Under the pieces are notes generated by a model. The model saw nothing but the letters and a program-made list of their open reading frames with translations. It was not told where the DNA came from and did no database searches. A stretch of 64,000 nt of DNA from Octopus vulgaris (taxonomy: Eukaryota): NCBI GenBank assembly GCA_951406725.2, contig OX597817.1, positions 136,586,001-136,650,000 of the forward strand, in the 5' to 3' direction. Each line of letters opens with the position of its first letter. Position 1 is the stretch's first letter. Below are positions 1-13,020 of this stretch, one piece after another. Made by a program: the position numbers and the translations under genes.

Positions 1-524
1 TCTTTCGTGAAGTCACATATGCTTATATACTTATACTTGTAAACACATGATAGTTTCCTCATTTTCCTTCAATCAAGTTCACTCACAAGGCTTTAAGAGG
101 CTTGGGGCTATAGTAGAAAACACTGCCCAAAGTAACCCACAGTATGAGTATATATATATAATGTATGTTTATGTATGTGTGTGTGTATCTGTATTCTATG
201 ATTTTCAGTAAAGAGAGTAAAGTTAATGTCATTATAAAAAACACAGAAAATCTTTTGAAATACAACTGGTTAGGGTTTCCTGGGCAAATTTATTTTGCGA
301 TTTTATCAAGCTAGTATAGATAATAAAATGGTTTAATAACTGTGTTTGAGGCAATCAATGTTTGAAAGAGGATGTGCATTTACAAAAAAAGACAGAGAAA
401 TCAAAGGGAGATAATATCACTGTAAAAAATTAGAAAAATTACATGGACCAACACTAGAATGTGTTATGACGTGTCCAGTGGTGTATTCTTAATTCTTGTT
501 AAGATGAAATTTGTAAAATACAGA

Positions 525-880
525 CAAAAAAAAAATGCTCCTGGTATTTATACTATCATTGGAGATTCTTAAGATTTCTAAGACAGTTTTTCAAGCAAAT
601 GTACAGAACCTCCTCTTCACACATTGCTTTAAGATTTGGTCTGAGAAAGGATCTTCCATCTGATGTTACAGCTGATGTTCTCATCTTGAAGTTTCCATAT
701 TAATGCTGAGAGAGTTGTTGCATGTCTCTTCTTGGGATGTCTAAAGATTGAAAAATAGTTATTGTATCTGGATTAAAATTTTCCTCTCACTGATCCAATG
801 TAACATCTGGTCTCTGCCCCAGCTGTTTTCATAGTTATTTGAAATCTGTTGGTAGCTGTATTTCACGAGCCTTTGTTGAG
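525..880 (-). mobile_element. Decayed Penelope-like element, GIY-YIG endonuclease relic
   Basis: The minus-strand translation reads TRCYIGSVRGKF*SRYNNYFSIFRHPKKRHATTLSALIWKLQDENISCNIRWKILSQTKS*...DSINTRS. This matches the PLE endonuclease pattern YIG..F..RY..H...F...T.LS..IW.L......I.W.IL...LN.RS. It contains stops and frameshifts. Confidence 0.8.
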
Positions 881-1039
881 ATTTTTATTATAATAATAAT
901 ATACACATGCATGCACGCACATGTGCATTCAGATATGTATGTATATATGTATGTATGTATGTATGTGTTTGTGTGCGTGCGTGTATATTATTTACTCTGC
1001 TGTCATTAAACAATGGATGAGGTTTTTGTATTTTCTTAC

Positions 1040-1212
1040 TGAACAACCACACAATTGCTTTGCAGGTATACAGGTGTGTCAAGCATCGGGTGTTGAAATG
1101 AATGCAGAGCAAGGTGAAATGAAATGTTTTGCTTAAGAACAAAATGCATCACCTTATCTGGGAATTGAAATCACGATCATTCAATTGTGATTACAACACC
1201 CAAGCTACTAGG
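1040..1212 (-). mobile_element. Old tRNA-derived SINE fragment
   Basis: The minus strand shows a decayed tRNA-like head (TAGCTTAGGG...GATTTCAATTCCC) followed by a CORE-like TTCTTAAGCAAAACATTTCATTTCAC. Confidence 0.45.
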
Positions 1213-3482
1213 TACTAAGTGTGTTTGGGCAATTATATATCTGACATTCATCAACTCTAGCTAAAGAACAAGTTTTTCAATAAATGGCTTTATTAATCTT
1301 AACTAAATTATTTAAAAACTTCTTCTTTCAATAGACTTTGTTCCCTATTTAGTTACAAAATATTTCTACTGAGACAAGCTATATATCTGTTGACTAATTG
1401 ATAGATTATATATATGTTCATTTGTTAAATTGGGGCCTTGGGAAGTTAATAAATTCAGTAATGATTAGATTCATTTTTAGTAGCCTTTATGATAGTTATC
1501 TTTACATATATCGGTGCATAAATAATAATAATAATAATAATAATAATGATATATTGATGTGGATGTAAGATAAGACAAGAGGGGAGTGTTTTCATTCTGT
1601 AGTTTATATTTTAGTGTTTAACTTGGCTTTTCATTTATTTAATAAATTAAGTAACTATAATAATATATTGGGCTTAATTCGATCTATACCTATCCTCTTT
1701 GTTTTTAATTAAAAGAAATGTATATTTTATTGCTAAAAATTATTTGCTTTTGTGCGTGTGTGTGTGTGTATGTGTGTATTTTGTTACATTGAATTATATT
1801 AAAGATATATTTACTTTGAAATGTTATTTTTCTTAAAATGTTACTTATATTTATTTAATAATAACTAAAAAACAAACAAACACAAACTATTTCATTTAAT
1901 GACAACTGCCAAATTGCTTTAAAGCCAATATATTTTGTTAACCAATACTTGAATCAATATTGACAATGAATAATTCATGAAAATTGACAAATTTTCTTTT
2001 GTGAAATTTCATGAAATGAAGTCTTGTAGATCCTACTGTATCTAATTGAAAAATAGCTCGATTTTAATATTTTGTTTTTATTCTTTCATCACAGTGATTG
2101 ATTGATTGAAGGGAAATTATAATAGTTTAATAGTTTTATATTGTCAGTTTTGTTACAACAGAAAACCTATTTTCTCATCATTTCTTTTGAATGCTAATCT
2201 ACAGAATGAAAACAGTTTTTATGCTAACACTTTCAAACTAGATTTTTTTTTTCTTCGAGAAATAAACATACATCAGCAATATATCTTATGATTTGAAAAG
2301 GCAGCATTTCATAATGAGGAAAAATAATAGTAATTATTATGGTACTAATCATAAAAGTCTGATATTATCAAGACCTCATAATCTACTGGATAATTACATC
2401 ATGAAATTTTATTTCATTTAATTTCTTTCTTTGCATCCATTATTCATTGTCAAGTTTAGACTTATAGCTTCTCTATGCTATTTTTCTCATCTCATTACAA
2501 TTTGTGTTTGGTGTTTCTCTTATAATAACTTGATATTTTCATGATAGGGAAATGAATTTTTTATCACTTAAATAAATTTACTATCTTGTATCAAGATTGC
2601 TGCAAATGTCTAGAACTTCTTATCTTTTGTCTGGTGGGGTTGTCATGTCATCTCTGTTGTTCACTGATTATATTTTGAAAAGTCAATGAAGTGTACGGAA
2701 CTGGTGATTCCATCTCCTCACCCTCAAATGAATGGTAGATCTGATGGAAACTGATATGATTATAATGACATATGCATAATTTTCCAGCAACAAGAATAAA
2801 ATAAGAAAAAAAAATGACCCATAAATGTTATATATGCACATACATATACTTATTCTTAATATTATTATATGTGTGAGTGTGTGTTTGTGTTTGTGAGATA
2901 AGTTTGTGTGTTTGAATATAAATATAAATTCTTAGAATTATATGTATATCAGACTTAAATACTTAACAAATTGAGGGGAAATCTGGCTGGAGTCGGGAGT
3001 GGGGTTTGGCTGACTATCAGATATATTTTTTCTTATTTTAAATTCTGCAACTATATGTGTTCTATTGTCCACAAAATATTACAGGAATTGTTATATTTAG
3101 AATAATAATCTTTTTTCATTACTTTTTCTCCCCCTCCTCTTCCCAGAAGATGAGAGATACAAGTTTCTAACTTTGGGTTTTTTTCTTCCCTATTTCTGTA
3201 ATTTATTCTCTTATGTTTTTATATTTGGTAATATTAATCTTATCAAATTACAATTTTTACTAAATCAACTGAATAATGCTTATTCTAAATATTATATTTA
3301 TTGAAATAATAATTTTAATAATAAATTTTTCAAGAAAATGAACCAAATTATAGCTTTTTGTAAAAGTGAAAATAAAAAACTGGAAACAAAGAAAATATTT
3401 GTGTGGTAGTTAGGTTATTAAGAATAAAAAGTTTATCATTGTAAATATATCATTGTTATAATGATAATAATAATTATAATAA

Positions 3483-4232
3483 TCTTTTCTGCTATAAGCA
3501 CAAAGCTTGAAATTTTGGGGAAAGGGGTTTGTTGATTACATTGACCCCTGTGCTAAACTGGTACTTTTTTTTTTATCAACCCTGAAAAGATGAAAAGCAA
3601 AGTTAACCTCAGTGAAATTTGAACTCAGAATGTAAAGATGAGTGAAATTTCACTAAGCATCTTATCCAACATACTAACAATTCTGCCAACTTGCCAGTAG
3701 TACAAGTAGTAGTAGTAATAATAATTGTTTCTCTTGTAGGCCCAAGGCCAGAAATTGGCAGGGATGGGATAAGTCGATTACATCGGCCCCAGTGCGTAAC
3801 TGGTATTTATTTAATCGACCCCGAAAGGATGAAAGGCAAAGTCAACCTTGGCGGAATCTGAACTCAGAACGTAGTGGCAGACTAAATATTGCTAAGCATT
3901 TCGCCCGGTGTGCTAATGATTCTGCCAGCTCGCCAACTTAATAATAATAATGATAATGATAATAATACATTAATAATAATTAGTTACTACTACTACTACT
4001 ACTACTAATAATAATAATAATGATGATGATGATGATTTCAAATTTTTTCCACATGGGCAGCTTGAGGGAGAGGCTTAAGTCAATTACATTGACCCCAGTG
4101 CATAACTGGTACTTATTTTATCGCCCCCCCCCCCCCAAAAAAAAAGATGAAAGGCAAAGTCAACCTCAGTAGAATTTGCATTTAGAACATAGAGACAGAT
4201 GAAATAATGCTAAACATTTTGCCTGGTACATA
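3483..4232 (-). mobile_element. Cluster of three family-A SINE copies in (AAT)n tracts
   Basis: Copies lie at about 3483-3695, 3728-3938 and 4035-4232. They share CCCCAGTG..TAACTGGTACTT..ATCGACCCCGAAAGGATGAAAGGCAAAGTCAACC..GAATTTGAACTCAG and are separated by AAT/TAC repeats. Confidence 0.9.
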
Positions 4233-4544
4233 ATAATAATAATAATAATAGTAATAATGATAATAATAATACAATAATAATAAGTTTTATGCCTATTTTC
4301 CCTTACTAGTGGACTTTGGATCAATTTGTTACCAGCAGCCTGCCATTTCCTCAGCATCAGTCTGTTATGTGTAAATTCTGTCAGTACACTTTTCATGAGG
4401 TTTAGTGATTTACAGAAGTCATAGGGAGTCATAGTTTAGCGTTGTGACTGGGTACTCTTCTTTATCATGCTGAATACTCTTCTTATGGTTTGTGTGCTTA
4501 TTATAATATAAACCCCAAAATATCTACATAATTACTTACACACA

Positions 4545-4880
4545 TGCCTACACCATCATCATCATCATAATCAATATATACCCACCCATTTGTCTATGCC
4601 TGCGGAGGTGAGATGGTTTGGTTACAGCACTATATCTCACTGCTTGTAAAATTTAAACATTTATTTCTGAGATCAAACCTCACCATTTTCACATGTGTTT
4701 TCCTTTTCCTGCAAGTTCCTTCCATTTGCATCATTTGTCCCCAGCTCATCCAGCTATCAGCCTTCAAATGCCTCACACATCTTTATCAGTCTCTTGCACA
4801 CTATGACTGCTTCTCATGATGTCCCAACACACCCATTATCTAACGTTCATGCATTCTGGCATTAACCATCTATCGAAACA
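4545..4880 (-). mobile_element. Decayed RTE LINE 3' end
   Basis: The minus strand gives VQER...DSWM...MEGTCRKRKT...VRFDL followed by a (GAT)n tail, like the other RTE ends in this window. Confidence 0.55.
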
Positions 4881-4925
4881 TATATATCTCTCAAACTTTC
4901 ACACATCCTCCACATACAAATATAG

Positions 4926-5265
4926 TTGTGGCTGCATGGTAAGAAGTTTGCTTCCCTACTACATGGTTCCAGGTTCAGTGCTATTTCGTGGTACATTGGG
5001 CAAATGTCTACTATAGCCCTTCAAGCCAGCCAAAGCCTTGTCGGTGGATTTGATAGACAGAAACTAAAAAAAAAAAGCCTGCCATATGTGTGTGTGATGC
5101 TCTCATAACTTAGCGATTTGACAAAAGGAACCAATATAATAAGTTCCAGGCTTTAAAAAATAGTACTGAAGTCAACTCATTTGACTGAAAGAAAAATTCT
5201 TCAAGATGCTGCCCCAGCATGGCTGTGGTCTAGTGGCCGAAACAAATCAAAGATGAAAGATTCAA
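4926..5265 (+). mobile_element. Family-C tRNA/CORE-like SINE, tail type 1
   Basis: It has the head GTGGCTGCATGGTAAGAAGTTTGCTTC..GGTTCAG, a CORE-like TTGGGCAAATGTCT, an internal (TG)n and the tail GCCCCAGCATGGCTGTGGTC..GAAACAA. Confidence 0.85.
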
Positions 5266-5934
5266 GATACATGTCTTGTTACCATTTGTCATGCACTTGG
5301 TGCACAAACTTCATATAATTTTCTCTGACCCTTTGAGAGAGAGAAACCTATTGTTGATAACAGAGGAAAGCAGTTCCTTACAATTTTTCCACTCCTTTGA
5401 TAATTTCACTGCTATACTCATACCTCAACGGTATTTATTGTTCAAATTTACACTGTGTTAGAGAGATTGTTTTTTATGATTGACGTGTTGAGTAATATAA
5501 AGACATTTTGCTATAAAATCAGTTTTTCAGAAAATATACAAAGGTCTAAATATATTAAAGTAAAAAAATCATCCAATCTACCTGAAAACTTGTAAAATAA
5601 AGTAAACTGAGGAATTAGTTTAGATTATATAAAACATTATTTTCCTGAATTTCCTAACAAATAAAAAAATTGAGACAGTGGTGATTCTATGTAGATTTGA
5701 AGGAGAACATTGAATGTGTCTCAGTGTCATAAATCAACATGTACTGGCGCTTCTATAATATAGTGAAAAAGTGTCATTTAAAGGAGATTGCTTGATTTTT
5801 TTTCTAGTTAAGACTAAAGTAACAACTACATAAATGCTCCCTAGCTCACATGTATCTTCTTATATTCTCTGTTGACACAAAGGTGCATGTATACATGTGT
5901 GTGTATACTTTGTAGTTCAGGTGTTCAAGATATT

Positions 5935-6300
5935 CATCATCATCATCATCGTTTAACATCCGCTTTCCATGCTGACATGGGTTGGACGGTTCGACCGGGG
6001 GTCTGGGAAGCCAAGAGGCTGCACCAGGCTCCAGTCTGATCTGGCATTGTTTCTACAGCTGGATGCCTTTCCTAATGCCAACCACTCCGTGAGTGTAGTG
6101 GGTGCTTTTTACATGCCACCGGCACAGGAGCCAAGTGAGGCTGGTAATGGCCACGATCGGTTGGTGCTTTTTATGTGCCACTGGCATGGAGGCCAGTCGA
6201 GGTGGCACTAGCAACAGCAACGTTCGGATGGTTCTTTTATGTGCCACCAGCACTCCACTGATTTTTGATCAATTTCGATTTCACTTGCCTCAACAGGTCT
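5935..6300 (-). mobile_element. RTE LINE 3' UTR copy (family B)
   Basis: It reads (CAT)n-CGTTTAACATCCGCTTTCCATGCT..CTACAGCTGGATGCC..GCCAACCACTCC and carries three GGTGCTTTTTA.GTGCCAC units. Confidence 0.9.
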
Positions 6301-6983
6301 TTCTACTAATTGCTGATTTATCTCACTACCAAAGCTAGAAGCAGCAGCAATGACCTGTATTGACTGCATTGCAATATTTCTCGACATTTTCACTCAAATA
6401 ATTTTTTCTTAATCTACATCTCGACACTTGATTGATAAAGCCATTTTAAAAATATTTCTCCCAATACTAACAGACATTTTTTATCATTCTTTATCAAGTT
6501 TTTAATGTAATTCCTTTATTCTTACCTTTATTCTTCAAAATATAAGAATATTGACAATGGATCATGATTAACAATATAAACTAGTATAATATCATGGAAT
6601 TATAAATGTCATGCAGACAGTATTAATTCTGAAGATCAAACTTTTCAATTAAATTCAAATTCTAAGACCTCTCTTGCATGTTTAACTACAGGTTTTCAAA
6701 AATATCATTTTATATTTTCTCTGCAAGAATAACTGTGGTATTGTAAAATTAATTTGTTTAGAAAATCGTGTCCATGTGGAAAATAAACATCAAAGATGCA
6801 GAGAAAAACACAAACCACTCATATTAGTTTTCTTTATTTAATCTTTGAAATTAAGCTCCATAATTTTTATCTTCTAAATTTATTTTTCCTTTAATACAAT
6901 GAAGTCTTTAAATTGATAAATCCCTTTCAGACATGACTAACAGTAATTTAGTTTGTTGATATATATGTGTGTGTGTGTGTGTA

Positions 6984-7190
6984 AGGTGGCGAGCTGGCAG
7001 AAACATTAGCACGCCGGGCGAAAGTATTTCGTCTGACTTTATGTTCTGAGTTCAAATTCCGCCAAGGTCATCTTTGCTTTTCATCCTTTCAGGGTCAATA
7101 GATTAAGTATGAGTTGCATATTAGGGTTGATCTAATCGAATGCCTCCTCCCCAAAAATTTTGGGCCTTGTGCCTAGAATAGAAAATGATA
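6984..7190 (+). mobile_element. Family-A SINE
   Basis: It has the head GGTGGCGAGCTGGCAGAAACATTAGCACGCCGGGCG, a B-box-like GAGTTCAAATTCC and the core TTTCATCCTTTCAGGGTC. Confidence 0.9.
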
Positions 7191-8271
7191 TATGTGTGTG
7201 TGTGAGTGTATGAGAGAGAGAGGAATTTCATAACTGGTCTGTCATGCTGGTCCTCTTTGGGTGGATTGTTATTGTCCAAGTCAGTTCTTCTAAGTTACTG
7301 ACAGTCTAGACAGGTTGGGAGCTGTGCCTCAACTGTACATTCTGTTTTGGGCAGGCTTACTATGAGTGGATGTTCTTCCAAACAATAACCACTTTTGTGA
7401 GCTGTTTATTGTGGCACCAGCAGAAAAGTAGTTGCCTTTGGCAAGAGTAAAGAATCCTCTTTGCCGTCTACATGGTCTCTGTTCATTTTTTTTAGGAGTA
7501 CCAGTTGGGAAGAGAACTAGAGTGAGAGGGTAACAGAAGAGTTAACTGAAGCAAACCAGAGGAGCCAGAGTGAGAGGTTCTGGACCAGTTAAATGGTGGT
7601 GGTCGTTGGTGAGGAGAAGGAGTAGAAACAACATATTGATAGGGTGATAGCATAGAGAGAGAGAGAGAGAAGAACAAAGTGACAGAGTAAGGCCAGCTAC
7701 AAAATAGTTGAAAATGAGGAGACAGAATAGTAATAGCTTAAGTGGTGTGATGGGAGTGGGGGTGAGTGATAGTTGGGAGACAAGAAGGGAGTAACCAAAG
7801 AACAAAAATTGAGAGAAGAGGGAGTAATGTGAGAAAGCTGATTGGTTGTTGGGAGATGGAGACAGTAATTGTACAGGTAGCATGAGTGGAAGGAAAACTT
7901 TCCTTGCAATCCCTATCATCATTTCTTGTTTTCCACACTTTCATGTTTTGGACAGGTCTTTCCCAAGCATTTTGTTATTCTCTCATGATCTCTAGTCTTT
8001 TCAAATCACTCTTCCTTGGTCTCCAACTTTCACAGATTTCATCTACTTTGAATATTCAGCACTTTCTCTTCACAATTGGTATCCTTCTTATGTGCTACAT
8101 GTCTAAACTAAACCTGTGAAGTCTTACTTTTTGCACAATAACATTACATATTTGCAAATATTCCTAAAATAGGCGTGTGTATGTGAGAGAGAGAGAGAGA
8201 AAGAGAGAGATTAAATATTAGTTTGTGATTTTTGTTTCATTTCATTACGTTAATCTCTTGATTAATTACAT

Positions 8272-8432
8272 TGAGTTCAAATTCCACCAAGGTCGACTTT
8301 GCCTTTCATCCTTTCGGGGTCGATTAAAATAAGTACCAGTTACGCACTGGGGTCGATGTAATCAACTTAATCCCCTAGTCTGTCCTTGTTTGTCCCCTCT
8401 ATGTTTAGCCCCCTGTGGGCAATAAAGAAATA
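8272..8432 (+). mobile_element. 5'-truncated family-A SINE with flanking direct repeat
   Basis: The core is GCCTTTCATCCTTTCGGGGTCGATT..AAGTACCAG and the tail is GTCCCCTCTATGTTTAGCCCC..AAAGAAATA. AATCTCTTGATTAA occurs on both sides (about 8252 and 8433). Confidence 0.85.
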
Positions 8433-11259
8433 AATCTCTTGATTAAGGAGCTGCATTTTCATGATCCAAAAATATAAATTTATATCTCCCCTTTTTAGTT
8501 GTTTTGTTATGCCTTTTCATCATTAAAATCAGAGTAGTTTATGCTATCATGGGCTAGTGGTGAATAATACATGGTCAGAATTAAACTCTACAACTGGTTA
8601 GTAGGTTTAATCTGTAGACAAGGTGTATTTATTTCTGTGTAATTCTGTCGACTAACAGTTATCAACTCTTATTTTACAGGTGTCTTTTAATAGCATCCAC
8701 TAATAATATGCACAATTTTAATTTGCATAAGCCAGCTCACCTGTGCTATAATAATAATAATAATAAAGAATATATAATTCAATTTATTTTAAATTTGCAG
8801 TCATTTCTGTCGACCATGATAATGTCTTGGTATTTGTCGCAAAATTTAAGTTTAGCATTTGTTATTCCTCTGCTGTTTTTTCTCCCATATAATGGCTATT
8901 GGTGTAATTGGTTGTAATTATTAAGGTTAGATTGGATTGGCTTGCCTGTGTTTAGGCCACTGCAGGACAAAGGCCTTAGCGTGTTCTATCCACCATCCAC
9001 AGTCTGGTGTGCAGGTTATGAATTTTGACGGGGCTTGGCAGAGGGGTACAGAGGAGTAAAATCAATTACATCAAACCCCAGTACACAACTGGTACTTATT
9101 TCATTGGCCCTGAAAGACGAAAGGCAAAGTTGGCTTTGGTAGAATTTAAACTTAGAATATGGGCCCAGACAAAATACTGGAATGCATTTTGCCTGGCTTG
9201 CTTAATAATTCTGCCAGCTTACCACAGAATTGTTATTATATTAATATCTTAATTATTAAGATATTAATACAGTAACCCTTGTAGAAATTTTTTTTTTTTA
9301 AATCCTATATTTGACTATATTATTATGAATGTATTTCATTATGTCTTTACCAATAAATTACGTGTTCAGTCTTACCACTGTGTGCTGCTAAGTTTATGCT
9401 AAAAGAATGTTCCAGCTAATAAATATGTAAAAATTTTAAAACGGTTTCTATTACTGCCTGCTGAGCCATATGTAATAATGCTGTTTTTCTTTTCTACCAA
9501 TTTACTCAGTTGGTATTTGACTCAACAAACTCTATGTGCTTAATTATTTTAGGTGACATCAGAAATCTCTGTGCCTTTGGTTACATTGCTTCTCAAGTGA
9601 CTTCTTATTCAGTCTTTTGTTAGTGTTTGATGGAATTTCAGCATTTCTTGCATTGTGAGATTAATACTGCTTTTTGTTACTTTATAACTTTTTGCTGTAT
9701 TTTTTTTTTACTGCATTGGAAACCAGACTGCCACCTTTAAATCTAGTCCTATGGAAATATCTTCAATAACGAACTTGGTCTGATGGTTTTTCTTTGTACA
9801 TATTCTGCAAAATTGATGAAATTCTTGATGGGAAAAGGTCTTAATTTCAGAAGAAGAAAGAAAAACAAGCTAAATGTCTATTATATATTTACTAAAATCA
9901 AATTAAATATTAATGTGAGTTTAAACAATACATTATTAAGACTTCATACATTTGAAATACTGATAGTTTACTGCTCTATAAATGTTCTCTCATCTCTGTT
10001 GACCAAAACTAATGGCTGACTTCCTCAACTTCCTCTATATTCTCATAGTTTTAATCTACCAACTTTAATACTTGAATTTAGATATGTTTTTAATCAATTC
10101 AAATCATTATTTTCCCTCTTTTAAAATTAAAGATCTAATTGATTTATTATCAAAAAAAAAAAAAAGCACTTATTTATAATCTGGTTGATCAAGCAGTAGA
10201 AAAATCAATAATTAATAACAACTATTTAAAAAGTTATATTGTTTTAGCTGAAAGTCCTTTAATCTTCTTCAAAATTAAATTGTTTCCTTCAATTTCATTG
10301 CACTTTTATTTTAGAATATCTTTAAAAGCTTACATTATATTTCAGTTATATTGCTGTCTCCCTCTAGACTCAACAGATGTTTAAATTCATCAACTAGTAA
10401 TATTTTACTCTAATATACCTCCTTAGCTATGAAATCTTCAAAATATTTTCTGTTAATTTTTTTTTTCTAAGCTATATAGTCTTTGTCATTTATTTATAAA
10501 AAAAAATATTTCTTTTATCATTAAATCAATGAATGGCATTGTTTTTGTTTATTTCTAAAAACAAGTCTATTTTAGTGCAAAAGTGCTTCAGGCAATTTGG
10601 TATAAATAAAAGAATTGGAAGCAACATTACACTGTGTTTGTTGGGGAAGCAAGCTTGAGAAGAAAATTATTTGATTTTGTTTGGGTTGGGTTGTAAGGAA
10701 AATTGGTGAAAAGGTGATTTATTTATGTTTTCTTAATAAAATTAGGTACAAAGATGACTGACAACTCACACAAATATTTTCAAGCCCTTTTTCTTCAGAA
10801 AACTCCCAACTGATTGTTAGTTGCTATTTTTAGGCATGCCTGATTCCTTGGACCTGTGGTCAGAGGCAGTCCTGTTTTGGGGAGTATCTGGCATTACGTA
10901 TTTTCTAATGTGCTTCCTTTTGTTTTTTTTGTTTTTTTAAGTGGTAATGGTAATTTGAAGGGAATTTGGCTGCTTCTTTTCTTAAGCTGACCAGCCAGGT
11001 AAAGGGTCACCTGACTAGTGCAATTAGTATTTTATTTGAATGTTTGGAGAGATTGACATAGAAGGATTCACACACTGTTTCTATGAAAGATTGGCTAAAG
11101 TGATGCTGAAAAGCATAGACTTTTTTCTAAAAGCAAGAATCCAAGTATTTGAATTTTCATTCAACGCTTTAATTATATTGTATTTTAACTACCCCTTCAC
11201 TCTCCCCACTCTCTCATATTCTGTTTTTTTTTTTTCATTTTGTCCATTGTCATCTTCTT

Positions 11260-12110
11260 CATCATAATAGAATGTGTCTTCCATGTTGGAGTGATCAGGA
11301 TAGTTTGACAGGATCCAACAGACCAGAAGACTGCTTTGAGCCCTACTGTCTGCTTTGGGATGATTTCTACAGCTAGATACCCTTCCAAATGCCCACCACT
11401 TTACATAATGTACTTGGTGCTTTTTCTTTCATGACACCAGCACTAGTGGGGTTGCCATGTAATTTACAGGAAAAAATAAAGAGAAAAAGGCTCCTTAATT
11501 GAGTGGTTGATAGGGATGTGGCTTTATGCCAGGTGTTGAGGAGCTAAAGAATGAAAGAGAGACAGGAACAGGTATCTTGCTATAGGGGAGGTAGGTACAT
11601 GGCTACCCTATCATTCATTGCTTTGTACAAAGGCGGGGTAAGAGTAGCTGAGAGCAAAACAAAAATGGTGTTGACAAGGTGTTAGAGCATACTGTCAAGG
11701 TATAGAAGGGTGAGTATAGGAGAGAATATGGATGAAAGACCAGAATGGAAGGGGGTGAGGGTGAGCAAGTTGATTGGAATTTGAGAGGTGAGTGATGGAT
11801 GTTTAGAGATGGGTGTAGGGGTGAACATAGTGAATGGAAGGGGGTGGATGTGTGGTCAGTGGCAATTATTATTAGTATGGTGAGTGAGGGAGGTAGGGGA
11901 AGGTGGGGTAGATAAGTGGCAGTAGAGGAAAGGTGGGCAGTGGCTGAGTAATAAACCTGAAGACAGATTAGAAATAAGGAATAGGGTAGGAGGAGAGAGA
12001 GAGAGAGAGAGAGGTACAGTGACAGATAGAGATCAGATGTGTAAGAGAGTAAGGGACAAGTTTGTAGAGTAGAGCTTCGAGGTAGATATGAGGGTGCTGC
12101 AATAAAAATA
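11260..12110 (-). mobile_element. Old RTE-tailed element with long purine/pyrimidine-skewed body
   Basis: A decayed family-B tail is followed by a G/A-rich body. The body shares ACAGG..GGTRTCTT.CTAT..GAG..ATGGCT with the copy at about 37950-38530. Confidence 0.55.
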
Positions 12111-12284
12111 TGCATATATAATTATATACATACATATATGTGTGTGTGTATGTATGAATGTATGTGTGTGTTTATAGATATGTACACACACACGTGTGTG
12201 TATATATGAATATGTGTGTGTTTATATATACATATATATTTATAGGTATACCTATATTTATATATATATATGCATTAATCTGTG

Positions 12285-12340
<56 letters not shown>

Positions 12341-12604
12341 TACCGCCTGACTGGCCCTTGTGCTGGTGGCACATAAAAGCAACCATTACACTCTCGGAGT
12401 GGTTGGTGTTAGGAAGAGCATCAAGCTGTAGAAACTCTGCCAAATCAAACTTCGTAGTCACTGTCACCTCTCTCTCCTTGAACATATGTATTCTCCTTAT
12501 AAAAGGAGAATACATATGTACCAAAAAAGTGTTGGAATCATTTTTCAGTTTAATATGAAATTGTTTTCATTATAACTTGGCATAAAAATGCGTATTATGT
12601 GTGT

Positions 12605-13020
12605 GGGTGTAGGTGTGGCTGCGTGGTAAGAAATTTGCTTCTCAGTGACATACTTTCAGGTTCAGTCCCATAGTGTGGTATCTGAAGTGTTTTCTTGTAT
12701 CAGACTTGTGATTAGATTCAGTAGACGGAAACTGAAAGAAGCCCATTGTATGTAAGTGTGTGTGTGTGTTAGTGTCTCCTTCCCTTGCCTTTTTGTAGTA
12801 ATTGTAAACAAATGTCACCATCATGCAGGTAGTGTCCTTTGTTTCCAGTTTTCTATGAAAACATGTCTGGTCATGGGGGACATTGACTTACTACAGGTAA
12901 GGATTGGTGAAAGGAAAGGATTGGTGAAAGGAAAGGCATCCAGCCAGAGAAAATCTACCTCAACAAACTCCATACAACCCATGCAACCATGGAAAATTGG
13001 ATGTTAAATGATGATGATGA
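12605..13020 (+). mobile_element. Family-C SINE, RTE-type tail (type 2)
   Basis: It has the same head as the copies at 4926 and 25068. After the (TG)n it ends in AGGCATCCAGCC..ACCCATGCAACCATGGAAAATTGGATGTTAAATGATGATG. Confidence 0.85.

Noticed and set aside
5969-6338. Recurrent ORFs with [12 protein letters not shown]
   Set aside because: These are antisense translations of the family-B RTE 3' UTR, not a gene family.
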